Source of the DNA: an uncultured virus (IMG/VR IMGVR_UViG_3300043436_004224) | Lineage: Duplodnaviria; Heunggongvirae; Uroviricota; Caudoviricetes | DNA length: 64,000 nucleotides | Reading direction: 5' to 3' (one strand) | Virus record (IMG/VR): IMGVR_UViG_3300043436_004224 | Notes under the pieces: model-generated | Seen by the model: only the letters and a program-made list of their open reading frames with translations | Database searches by the model: none | What the model was told of the DNA's origin: nothing | Translations under genes and position numbers: made by a program | Part shown: one piece after another, positions 24,127 through 33,161 of the stretch | Layout: each line of letters opens with the position of its first letter | How positions within the stretch are numbered: the first letter of the stretch is position 1

Positions 24127-25010
24127 AAGCCATATCTGGTTTAGCTCCAGACAGCCCGTCCTTAACTGATTTAGGTGGCTCGGTTTGGCGCATAAATACT
24201 GACAGCCTTCCTATGGCATTTAACCCAGCTGTAGCTAGGGGTGCTAATGGCAGACTAGCAATAGTAGCTAGACGCACCAACTATACGCTTGATACAAAGT
24301 TTGGATCTTTGAACATTCCTTCAGGAGATCGCTCAGTAGTTAATGCTACATACTTCAGCTTTCTTGATGATGACCTTAATCCAACAGAGTGGAAAAAGCT
24401 TTCTTTCTCTAAGGAGCCAAAGCTAACTAGAGGTGCAGAGGACGCAAGGCTTTTAGTCAGGGATAGTGAGTGGTTTTTAAGCGTAGTTATTCTAGAGGAC
24501 CACACGCCTAGAGCTAGAATAGCTATCTACTCTTTAAATAAAGACTTACATGCAACCCACGTAAAGACATACCCAGGTGAGGTCGTAGCAACGCCGGAAA
24601 AGAATTGGATGACTAAGTTAGAGTCGGAAGCAAATGATTTTGTTTTTGTGTCTGAGCTTCCAGATAACATTCGTGGTGGTAGTAGCTTAATCCCTTGGGG
24701 TGACGGCTACTTAGCTCTGTGCCACAAGACCTATCTAAAAAAGAACTCGTACTATAACCCTATGACTTTTGGTATTCATGAGGGGATAGAAAGGACTTAC
24801 TCTCATTTGTTTGTAGAGTTTGACTCGGATCTAGAAATTAAAGCTGTTTCTAGAGAGTTTTTTCTTGTTGAAAGGGGCATCGAGTTTGGCACCGGACTTT
24901 TGGGGGTAGGAGATGATTTACTGCTAAGTTTTGGCAGAGAAGACAAAGAGGCTTGGTTTGGTAGGGTACCTAAAGCTGTAGTAGAGGGTCTACTTGGGGA
25001 TAAAAAATAG
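24123..25010 (+). CDS. Beta-propeller glycoside hydrolase-like protein
   Basis: FNPAV, GAEDARL, EKNW, RGGS, IEFGTGL, LSFG..D. Confidence 0.6.
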   Translation: MKAISGLAPDSPSLTDLGGSVWRINTDSLPMAFNPAVARGANGRLAIVARRTNYTLDTKFGSLNIPSGDRSVVNATYFSFLDDDLNPTEWKKLSFSKEPKLTRGAEDARLLVRDSEWFLSVVILEDHTPRARIAIYSLNKDLHATHVKTYPGEVVATPEKNWMTKLESEANDFVFVSELPDNIRGGSSLIPWGDGYLALCHKTYLKKNSYYNPMTFGIHEGIERTYSHLFVEFDSDLEIKAVSREFFLVERGIEFGTGLLGVGDDLLLSFGREDKEAWFGRVPKAVVEGLLGDKK

Positions 25011-25080
25011 TAGACGCAAATATTGACAAACCACTAAAAGTACTGTACGTTGTATCTACAAAGCTAAAGAAAGGCAACAA

Positions 25081-25458
25081 ATGAGTGAAGTACTTTGGAT
25101 GTGTAACCACTGCAACAAGATTGCTAGCGAAGGCTGGGTATGGCTGCGTGGTGCTGAAATGAATAAAGCATATGATGCTCTGCTGGCTGGAGCTGAGTTG
25201 GATAAAAGATCCAATGGTGTCTACAGCATGGCTGATCTTATGAGTCTGCCTGAAGGCGGAGAATGGTCTATTACATGCTCTAAATGCTACAAAGAAGACA
25301 TGGAACGTATGAATGACTATGACATCTCTATTGATCGAATCTCTACTGTTCACGATGTTTTAGATTGGACATTGCACTTAATGAAGAAAAACTGGTTTGA
25401 ATATACGAACTGGGAAGAGCTTGTTCGTGGAGCTATTCCAGCTAAGTTAGATGCCTAG
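25081..25458 (+). CDS. Hypothetical Cys-motif protein
   Basis: Two CxxC; upstream TTGACA at 25023 and AAAGG RBS. Confidence 0.65.
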   Translation: MSEVLWMCNHCNKIASEGWVWLRGAEMNKAYDALLAGAELDKRSNGVYSMADLMSLPEGGEWSITCSKCYKEDMERMNDYDISIDRISTVHDVLDWTLHLMKKNWFEYTNWEELVRGAIPAKLDA

Positions 25459-25460
25459 TA

Positions 25461-25622
25461 ATGAACGCCCCTATTGTTGAAGAATCAGCATCGGAAAAAA
25501 CGGTCCTATTTGGATGGTGTATGGATGGGAACGATGAAGAGTGTATAAGGGAGTTTCCTAGGCACAGATGTAGTTGTGAGTGCCACTCGGCTGACATTCA
25601 GAAAAAAGAAGTTGATGTCTAA
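25461..25622 (+). CDS. Small Cys-rich protein (53 aa)
   Basis: MNAPIVEE...GWCMDG...C...CSCECH; fills gap and overlaps next start. Confidence 0.6.
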   Translation: MNAPIVEESASEKTVLFGWCMDGNDEECIREFPRHRCSCECHSADIQKKEVDV

Positions 25623-26211
25623 TATTCAATCTGTATACACTTTAGTTAAGAATGTCATATCTAAAGAGCGCTGTAGGCAGATCGCTAAGGAGATGGTAGC
25701 TGGCGCTGATCCGGATTTTGATCCTCGTGATGGCTATAGTCACTTTGGTATAGAGTCTAGAGACCTTAGGGAGACTCCAGAGAACCTGCCTCATCCGGAG
25801 CTAGTAGACGCCATCTCCATTGCTTATAAGCACTTTTTAGAGAACTACGAAATGAACTACAACACCTTTGAACTAAAAAGAGCTTTTGGAAATGTAATGG
25901 CAACTGGTTCTGAGAATCTTGCTCATGATGATGATGGTGATGTCTACCCGGATAAACCTGATGTAGAAGAGCATTACTCATGTATCCTTATGATCAACAG
26001 TGACTATGAAGGTGGGGAGTTGTTCTTTGAGCATCACGGGTTAGAGGTGAAGCTGGAAGCAGGGGACCTAATAATGTTTAGAGGCAATGCTGCCAATCTT
26101 CATGGAGTTAGGAAGATAGCCGCTGGAAATAGAGTAAACTATATACTGTTCTTTAGGAATTACCATCGAGAACACCCCATGGACCGCGAGGGTTCTATAT
26201 ACCCTTGGTAG
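25615..26211 (+). CDS. 2OG-Fe(II) oxygenase
   Basis: HDD...INSDYEGGELFF...HGV..I..GNR; start taken at ATG 25615. Confidence 0.87.
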   Translation: MSNIQSVYTLVKNVISKERCRQIAKEMVAGADPDFDPRDGYSHFGIESRDLRETPENLPHPELVDAISIAYKHFLENYEMNYNTFELKRAFGNVMATGSENLAHDDDGDVYPDKPDVEEHYSCILMINSDYEGGELFFEHHGLEVKLEAGDLIMFRGNAANLHGVRKIAAGNRVNYILFFRNYHREHPMDREGSIYPW

Positions 26212-26226
26212 ACAATCAGGAGAGAA

Positions 26227-26490
26227 ATGAAACTAATAATCAACAAATGCCCTAACGGCTTTACGCTGTCAGAAGATCAGGAAAAGAACTTGTTTCCTGG
26301 AGTTGCTCTTCAAGATATTCCTCGTCATGATCAGCGGTTGGTGGAGTCTTTTGAAGCTGGAGATCGCCGAGGTAATGGCGGCTCTTCATTGATATTGGTT
26401 GAGATCCCAGACGGTGCCACCTATAAGGTTGTGAATCAGCAGGGCTACGAGACTCTTTATTGGTCTGAGTCAAACATAGAAACTGTGTAG
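26227..26490 (+). CDS. Hypothetical phage protein
   Basis: AGGAG RBS; MKLIINKC..GF.LS...PRHD..LV. Confidence 0.65.
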   Translation: MKLIINKCPNGFTLSEDQEKNLFPGVALQDIPRHDQRLVESFEAGDRRGNGGSSLILVEIPDGATYKVVNQQGYETLYWSESNIETV

Positions 26491-26496
26491 GTTAGC

Positions 26497-27117
26497 ATGC
26501 CTGTAATTATTACTAAGAACTTCATAAGTCAAGCGGATTGTAAGAGATACGCCGCGTTTCTTGACGAGCATACGTCTGTTGGTCGCTTTGATGAAATCTT
26601 AACTGCTCTTGGCTACGAGAGCTCTATGCAAGCTTCTACTGTATCTAAAGAGACTGGAGTGCTGTTTGGCAATGAAAGCCCAATAAACAAGGAGTTGGGC
26701 GCTGTTTTTGATGAAGCTAAAAGCACTGCGCAGCAAAACTTTAATATGGAACTAGATTTATGTAATGCTAACTACGCTGTTATGCTTCCTGGTGGAAGTA
26801 TTCCCCTACACTCTGACACTACAAAATTAGATGGAAGTCCTATTCAAAAAGACGGATCTCCTGAGGAGATAGAACGAAGCGGTATTTTATATCTAAATAC
26901 TCAGGGTGTAGATTTCGAGGGAGGAACTTTATCTTTCCCGGAACTTGAAATAGAGTACACCCCTGAAGCCGGAGACTTAGTTATCTTTGAGTCAGATCTA
27001 AAACATAGACATGATGTAGCGGAAGTGCTTTCTGGTCGCAGGGAGACTATTGTGTTTTTCTGGGGAAGAAAAGGCAACATCTCTGATAGAAACTTTATGG
27101 ACGTGGACTACAACTAA
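26497..27117 (+). CDS. 2OG-Fe(II) oxygenase
   Basis: HSD...YLN....DFEGG.L.F...H.V.EV.SGRR. Confidence 0.88.
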   Translation: MPVIITKNFISQADCKRYAAFLDEHTSVGRFDEILTALGYESSMQASTVSKETGVLFGNESPINKELGAVFDEAKSTAQQNFNMELDLCNANYAVMLPGGSIPLHSDTTKLDGSPIQKDGSPEEIERSGILYLNTQGVDFEGGTLSFPELEIEYTPEAGDLVIFESDLKHRHDVAEVLSGRRETIVFFWGRKGNISDRNFMDVDYN

Positions 27118-28739
27118 TGCTGATCAGTATTGCCCTACTAGGCTATGGTGCTGTAGGGAAAGAAGTCCACAGGCAACTTAAAGATATTGCTGGCTATGGT
27201 GTTGACTTTCAGATACACATAATACAAGTTACAGATCTAGCTAAACATCAAGTAGATAAAACAGAAAATTATTGGAACGTAGTTGGCGATGGAACCATTG
27301 GGACCATCAAACAGACAACCATAGGTGATGATGCTCCCTGGCTTAGGGAGTCGGATGGTCATGACACTATTGTCGACTGCACTAGCTATAGTGAAGAGTC
27401 TAAGCAACTTGTTTTTGACCTATTAAAAAGAGGACTATGGCTACATACAAGTAGCAAAGAACTTGTATTAAAACATTGGCAAGAGCTACTTAAAATTTGT
27501 AGATCTACACCTAGGGCAGAAATAACTTTTAATTCAATAGTTGCTTCTAAAAATATGCAAAAGTTTATGAATATTGATTTAAATAATCAAAATATTAAAG
27601 AGCATATCGAAAAAGTTAAGTTACATGAATCTAAAAATGTAACTGCTAAAACTGTTGCAGATTATATTGTTAGAGATATAGTTACTGAGTTAGAGTCTAG
27701 AAGAGCTAGATTTGATAAGAAATTAATTAATACGACTATTGAGGGTAGACACTACACTCCTACCTATTTTCAAGGTTTATTTGGTGGCAAGAAATTAAGA
27801 GACCTTGGAAGAGAAAAAACTATAGTCGATTCGGTTCCGGGAGATATTACTAATGAATACCTGGCAAATAGGCATGAACATAGGTTTTTTGGCGGGCTAG
27901 CTGGTTCTGAGTTAGTTGCTGCTGGGTGTTCATATACTTATGGAAACGGTGTCCCTCAGGAGGCTGCATGGGCAAGTGTAGTTGGAGAGAGACTTGGTAT
28001 ACTTCCTTATGTAGTTGCCTTCCCTGGGCTTTCAACATTTTATATTGTAGAAGAGCTCTTTAGGTATTTTAAAGCCTATGGGAATCCTAAAATTCTTCTT
28101 TGCCTATTTCCAGATTTAAATAGATTTACTACTCCTTTAGATGGAGACATACTTTCTAATGTAGGGGAGACAAAAAAAATAGAAGAAGTAGCAACAATAA
28201 ATACACTAGATAAATTTGATCCCCAAAGAGTTAGGTATTTAAAACGTCCTTACAATGCAAATCAGGTATTTTCTCAAGACTTAGCCACATACTATTCAAT
28301 AAGAAGCATAAGAATGTTGGAGCAATATTGTAGTTCCGCTGGGATAAAGTTTCTGTGGAGCACTTGGGATGATGATTTTACTAGTGTCTGTAAGAATCTT
28401 AGCCAAGATAGTTATTATGCTTTTGACAATTATTTTGATCATACGGACTATCACAATTCTTTTCTGTATCTGACCCATGATTCTATTCCTGGTATTCCTG
28501 TTCCTGTAGAAAACTATGACTACTGTCGACTAAACCATAGTGACACTAAATGTGGTTGCGGCATATATTGTAATGGAAGTCAAATAGAGGAAGACTTAAT
28601 AGAAAAATATGGAATAGATCAGTTCGTTAGTGGAGTAGACTACACTGAAGAAAATTCAACACACCCAGGGGTACACTACCACTATCACATGGGCGAAGCC
28701 TTTATTGCCGAAATAGAAAAACTGGCACCTAGGGATTAA
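27117..28739 (+). CDS. Fusion of homoserine-dehydrogenase-like NAD-binding domain and SGNH-like domain
   Basis: IALLGYGAVG...IVDCT...HTSSKE, then AGCSYTYG...HPG..YH. Confidence 0.6.
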   Translation: MLISIALLGYGAVGKEVHRQLKDIAGYGVDFQIHIIQVTDLAKHQVDKTENYWNVVGDGTIGTIKQTTIGDDAPWLRESDGHDTIVDCTSYSEESKQLVFDLLKRGLWLHTSSKELVLKHWQELLKICRSTPRAEITFNSIVASKNMQKFMNIDLNNQNIKEHIEKVKLHESKNVTAKTVADYIVRDIVTELESRRARFDKKLINTTIEGRHYTPTYFQGLFGGKKLRDLGREKTIVDSVPGDITNEYLANRHEHRFFGGLAGSELVAAGCSYTYGNGVPQEAAWASVVGERLGILPYVVAFPGLSTFYIVEELFRYFKAYGNPKILLCLFPDLNRFTTPLDGDILSNVGETKKIEEVATINTLDKFDPQRVRYLKRPYNANQVFSQDLATYYSIRSIRMLEQYCSSAGIKFLWSTWDDDFTSVCKNLSQDSYYAFDNYFDHTDYHNSFLYLTHDSIPGIPVPVENYDYCRLNHSDTKCGCGIYCNGSQIEEDLIEKYGIDQFVSGVDYTEENSTHPGVHYHYHMGEAFIAEIEKLAPRD

Positions 28740-28779
28740 CCTAGATGCCAGCTCTGTTTGTAGCTACCTTGTCGGGCTA

Positions 28780-29445
28780 TTACTTTCCTGCTTTTGGTTT
28801 GGCTGGTTTAGCGGCACCAAATCCTGGGACCGGGTTTACTAGTTTTCCGGTTGGCTTCTTCTTTGCTTTTAACTCAGTTGCATCAAAGCTTGGAGGAGTA
28901 CTATCAATCACACCGTCGTCTGGGGTCATGTCTTTAGCAGAGTCCTTTAGCTTTTCCCATGACATAACTGCTTCAACAAAAGCGATAGGGCTAACAAAGC
29001 CTTTACCATTTAGATCCCAGCGGTGGACCTTACCTTCTACAATCTCGAAGTGAAGGTGGCGACCGGCGGAAGCACCGGTGTTTCCCATAATTCCAAGAAT
29101 GGTTCCAGCTTCGATCTTCTGACCAGTCTTTACTTTTAAAGAACCTTCAGCCATGTGGCCATAACGAGTGACATACCAAATGCCATTAATCTTGCACTTC
29201 AGGTCTACGTAGTAACCGACGCCACCTAGGGACCCGTCAGCATTCTTTAGCTTTGAAGTGCCAGCGTAGACGACTGTGCCGTCATGCCATGCTTCGCAGT
29301 AAATCTTTGCGTCCGGTCCCCAGATGTCATCGCCGTTATGATGCTTCTTGATTTTCTCGATAGGATGCACCCTCCATCCGAAGGGACTTGTAATTTTCCA
29401 AGCCTTACCCTTTTTTCCATCGATAGGGTATTGTGTTTTTGCCAT
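28780..29445 (-). CDS. M23 peptidase (endolysin-like)
   Basis: ITSPFGWR.HP...HNGDD, YGHM, GNTGASAGRHLHFE. Confidence 0.9.
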   Translation of the reverse strand: MAKTQYPIDGKKGKAWKITSPFGWRVHPIEKIKKHHNGDDIWGPDAKIYCEAWHDGTVVYAGTSKLKNADGSLGGVGYYVDLKCKINGIWYVTRYGHMAEGSLKVKTGQKIEAGTILGIMGNTGASAGRHLHFEIVEGKVHRWDLNGKGFVSPIAFVEAVMSWEKLKDSAKDMTPDDGVIDSTPPSFDATELKAKKKPTGKLVNPVPGFGAAKPAKPKAGK

Positions 29446-29556
29446 TTATTCTTTCTCCTTGTGTTTTGGATTTTGTTCCAAGTGTAGGAACAAATAACGC
29501 CGTCTTCGACAAGCCCCCTTGATTTTTTAAATAAACGTCAAGCCACATACTTTAAA

Positions 29557-30231
29557 CTAACCTAGAAGTCCCCAAGTCTTAGGTCCGACAATTCCATCAG
29601 CAGTTAGACCTTTTGAAGCTTGGAATGCAACAACAGCTGCGTGAGTCTTAGGACCGAATGGACCAGTAGGGTTTACGCCTAGTTTGTTCTGAAGGTAGAG
29701 AACGTCTGCGTTAGCAGGTTCGCCTTGCTTTAGCATTCTTCCTGGGTACGCTCTTGTTCCAGCTTTAGCAGGTGCAACTGGTGCTGCTGGTGCAGGTGCA
29801 GCACTTGTAGGTGCGCCACGGAAAACTTCGTAGTCAATGTTTCCCGCTCCCATAGTTGGCTTTCCACCGACTCTGAATGAGAAATGAAGATGTGCGCCGT
29901 AGCCGTTTTCTTTGCCAAGACCTGAGCCACCAACTAAGCCAATAACTTGACCTTGCTTCACTGCTTGTCCTGGCTGTACATCAATACGCGAAAGATGTAG
30001 GTAATCTGCGTTGTGACCGGATGGGAAACTTAGGAAGATCATACGTCCTCCCGAACCAGTGAAGGTCGTAACGGTGCCGGCTACAGTTCCATCGGCTACT
30101 GCTTTTACTGGTGTTCCAGTAGCAACCGCATAGTCTACTCCAGGGTTTAGCGAAGGCTTTGCCCTATTCTTGTGCCCGTTAAAGCTATCTGAAATTGATC
30201 CGCCATCTACTGGCCTTATCCATGTTGACAT
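29557..30231 (-). CDS. M23 peptidase with C-terminal peptidoglycan-binding domain
   Basis: GVDY, YLHL, HLHF; FGPKT..AV.AFQ..KGL.ADGIVGPKTW. Confidence 0.88.
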   Translation of the reverse strand: MSTWIRPVDGGSISDSFNGHKNRAKPSLNPGVDYAVATGTPVKAVADGTVAGTVTTFTGSGGRMIFLSFPSGHNADYLHLSRIDVQPGQAVKQGQVIGLVGGSGLGKENGYGAHLHFSFRVGGKPTMGAGNIDYEVFRGAPTSAAPAPAAPVAPAKAGTRAYPGRMLKQGEPANADVLYLQNKLGVNPTGPFGPKTHAAVVAFQASKGLTADGIVGPKTWGLLG

Positions 30232-30335
30232 TGTATGTCTCCTTATTAGTATTTAAAATGTAGGGTATTCCCTAATATCAATTGTACCAAGCGGGGTAGG
30301 ATGCGAATTAGGTTGGATTGGTGTAGGCTGTTGAT

Positions 30336-30605
30336 ATGAATTATGAAGAGCGTAGTACGCGTCTAAGTGACTACATGTCAAAAGCAATAGAAACAAAGTC
30401 CCTAGCTGAAAAAGCCTACAATGATGCGATGGATACCTCCGCTGAGTTCGGCTACGAAATGGGAGTTATGTCTGAGAAAGCCCGTATTGAGGGTGAAATA
30501 AACGCACTTACTGAGTCATTGACAGATGAAGAAGAAGATGCTAAGTTGACGTTAGAGATAGTCAAACAGATTGTCGCTAGGACGGATATTGAAGAAGATG
30601 AATGA
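30336..30605 (+). CDS. Hypothetical protein
   Basis: Leaderless (TAGGCT 6 nt before ATG); first gene of a small-ORF operon. Confidence 0.6.
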   Translation: MNYEERSTRLSDYMSKAIETKSLAEKAYNDAMDTSAEFGYEMGVMSEKARIEGEINALTESLTDEEEDAKLTLEIVKQIVARTDIEEDE

Positions 30606-30807
30606 AGATAACAAAGATTTTGATTTTGACCTGTCCAGATACGCTGGCTCTTTAGATCAGGAAAAACTTTCTGATCTTTGGGCAAAGGTAGAAGTTGCAA
30701 AAATTATGATGGACCAGGCTAACAAACTAACTAGACAAGTTTTTGCTGACCTTGAATTTTATCAAATGACATCTGAATTTAATACCTCTAGTAGTGATGA
30801 TGACTAA
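30598..30807 (+). CDS. Hypothetical protein
   Basis: ATG 30598 overlaps previous stop region. Confidence 0.55.
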   Translation: MNEDNKDFDFDLSRYAGSLDQEKLSDLWAKVEVAKIMMDQANKLTRQVFADLEFYQMTSEFNTSSSDDD

Positions 30808-30809
30808 AA

Positions 30810-31079
30810 ATGGTTGAGTGCTTTTGGTGTGACACTTTTTATAATGAAACTGTAGAAGACAAATGCCCCAACTGCTCATCAAAAATAGGTAGTCCAGTGA
30901 CTGAGCCCGCTCCTAGGGACTTCCCATTAAGTGACGCACCTAGATCATGGCGACGTGATATTAAAGTTATGGAGCGAATTTGTGTGCACGGTCTCGGGCA
31001 TCCGGATCCAGAACTTGAGTATGAGGGAGAAGATGCAGTCCACAACTGTGATGGTTGTTGTTGGAGTGAGGCACCTTAA
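30810..31079 (+). CDS. Cys/His-rich hypothetical protein
   Basis: Two CxxC; ERICVHGLGHPDP...HNCDGCC. Confidence 0.65.
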   Translation: MVECFWCDTFYNETVEDKCPNCSSKIGSPVTEPAPRDFPLSDAPRSWRRDIKVMERICVHGLGHPDPELEYEGEDAVHNCDGCCWSEAP

Positions 31080-31267
31080 TGCAAACATGGATTGACATAC
31101 TCACGGACCCGCACCATCTACTAGCAGACTTCCTGATGAATGTTGGATTTGAAATAGCATTTGCTTGGGTTACATATTTAATTCTAGTTAAAGCTCTTAG
31201 ACAGAGTAGAAGAAAAAAGCCTAGGGGAAGAAGAGCTAAAAGAAGGTCTGATACAATTAGAAGATGA
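31079..31267 (+). CDS. Small membrane protein
   Basis: One TM segment plus basic tail; TAATG coupling. Confidence 0.55.
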   Translation: MQTWIDILTDPHHLLADFLMNVGFEIAFAWVTYLILVKALRQSRRKKPRGRRAKRRSDTIRR

Positions 31268-31584
31268 ACAGCTTAGATGGTAAGACTTCTGGTGTGTATA
31301 AGGTTTATACAGAAACCAGCTCTTACCTAATTAATCTCAACAGAGGTATGGCTAAGCGCGTGCCTGGGGATGGAATGGGCAGAGCTCCCGAGGAAGAGCT
31401 AGAGATTGAAGTAGTAATGCTTCGTGGGGATAATATGTGGTTTAATCTTCGGGCAGTGAATGCTACTGTTGGTCAGATAATGCACCTAGATTGTGAAGGA
31501 ATTGATGCCACAAGCGGCTATACTTGGCGTAGGACAACAATCGTACGAAAGATTGAAAAGATAGATGGACGCAAAAAAGTATGA
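31264..31584 (+). CDS. Hypothetical protein
   Basis: ATGA coupling. Confidence 0.6.
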   Translation: MNSLDGKTSGVYKVYTETSSYLINLNRGMAKRVPGDGMGRAPEEELEIEVVMLRGDNMWFNLRAVNATVGQIMHLDCEGIDATSGYTWRRTTIVRKIEKIDGRKKV

Positions 31585-31750
31585 TCGGCAGATTGAACTT
31601 GTCGACATGGGTGAGGCCGAAGAGCTCACTGTAAAAATGATCATGCAAGAGGGAGCCTTACGGTTCCAGGACTTGGTGGTTGCTGAACTTACAAAGCATG
31701 GTATGTTCGACGCCATTACTGTTATAGAAAAAGTCGAGCTTGACTCTTAA
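31565..31750 (+). CDS. Hypothetical protein
   Basis: ORF in operon. Confidence 0.5.
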   Translation: MDAKKYDRQIELVDMGEAEELTVKMIMQEGALRFQDLVVAELTKHGMFDAITVIEKVELDS

Positions 31751-32012
31751 ACAAAGAGTTAAGGATGCTGCAAAACCACATCTTGCCCAGTATGGGAGAG
31801 CTCCTGTATTAGTTAAAGGCGCAACTTGGATTCTTGTTGCGTTGATTATTATTCCGGATCCTTTTGACTGGATTCCTGGACTTGCTCTAATGGACGAACT
31901 TTTGTATGCTTCTGTACTATTATGGTTACTACACAAGTATGGTGCAGCTGCTGGTGAGGACAAAAGAAGTGCAAGAGATCTAGTTAACGAAATTCTAGGG
32001 AGAAAAAAGTAA
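31740..32012 (+). CDS. DUF1232/YkvA-like membrane protein
   Basis: IIPDPFDWIPGLALMDE. Confidence 0.6.
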   Translation: MTLKQRVKDAAKPHLAQYGRAPVLVKGATWILVALIIIPDPFDWIPGLALMDELLYASVLLWLLHKYGAAAGEDKRSARDLVNEILGRKK

Positions 32013-32299
32013 TGGACATTGAACAATTTAAAGAAGTATCTAAACCGTTTTACAGCGAGACCTATCAAGTTCTAGTTAAGAAGCAGGCTGACTATGGGCC
32101 ACTTAATATCTCTAGAGCTCCGGGGGGTCCTTTAAATGGTCTTAGGGTCCGTATGCATGACAAGCTATCTCGTATTAATCATTTAGTTGACAACGGTGCA
32201 ACACCAGAGAACGAAAGTTTGCGCGACTCTTTCCTAGACCTTGCAAACTATAGCGTTATTGCGATGATGGTTTTAGATGGTAAATGGCCAAGTGAGTAA
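32012..32299 (+). CDS. Nucleotide-modification-associated domain 1 (DUF1599-like)
   Basis: KKQADYG...RMHDKLSRI...ESLRDSFLDLANYSVI. Confidence 0.8.
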   Translation: MDIEQFKEVSKPFYSETYQVLVKKQADYGPLNISRAPGGPLNGLRVRMHDKLSRINHLVDNGATPENESLRDSFLDLANYSVIAMMVLDGKWPSE

Positions 32300-32736
32300 T
32301 GAAGAAGCTGAAAAGCTTCGTCAAGAGGGCCGCGAGGAAGTCTTGGACTGGCTTGTAACTAAGGAGTTCCTTGGCTACAGTAGGCCAGAAAACCTATACT
32401 TTAGGTGGGACTGGTACAAGGGAATCCTGACCCAGATGCCTTGGGCCAAATCAGATAAAAACCAGACTGATAAAATTGCCTTATCTTGATTGATAGGAAA
32501 TATTATGACCCCAACACCTCCATACTTTCAGAGCCAAATGGAAGAGCAAAAGAAATGGGACTCTGGATTTAAAGCTGGAGTTGCTGAAGTTGTGGCTGCT
32601 CTAGAGGAAAGCGTATCAGCTGAAGACCTAGAGGGGCCGACCAAAGACTGGGTTAAAGACTTTAGCGCCAAGGTTTCAAAAAAGTACTTGTAGACTATAT
32701 ACTTTAAATAACATAAATCCTAGGAGAAGACAAGCT

Positions 32737-33033
32737 TTGAGAATTAACGAAAGCAGCCTGCGTCGTCTCCAGAAGCAGCGCCACTTGTATGACATCCAGC
32801 GGATGATTCTGGCCAATCCTTTGTTTAAGAACTTGGGAGCAAAAGACCAAAAGACTTTGCAAAAGCTTATATACAAGGCCGAGCTAGCTGAGATGTTTAT
32901 GCGCGACCGCAACGTGGTCAGGATTAATCAGTCTTTTGATGAGCTTGTAAATACCGTATTGGATATGATAGACGGTCCATATGATGAAGAAGAACTTGAA
33001 GAAAAAAGACGTCGCGAAGAGGACGATTTCTAG
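32737..33033 (+). CDS. Hypothetical protein
   Basis: AGGAG upstream of TTG start. Confidence 0.55.
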   Translation: MRINESSLRRLQKQRHLYDIQRMILANPLFKNLGAKDQKTLQKLIYKAELAEMFMRDRNVVRINQSFDELVNTVLDMIDGPYDEEELEEKRRREEDDF

Positions 33034-33110
33034 ACTTTTGTGTGTATAATAAAACTGTACTTGTCAAAGGGTACTGTTCATTGTTGTTATCTCTTTTAGT
33101 GATTGATGAA

Positions 33111-33143
33111 AAAAGCCCCCGGTGTAAAAGCCGGGGGTTTTTT
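33111..33143. terminator. Bidirectional intrinsic terminator
   Basis: AAAAGCCCCCGG-TGTAAAAG-CCGGGGGTTTTTT between convergent units. Confidence 0.85.
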
Positions 33144-33161
33144 GTTTTTAAGATCTATGTG

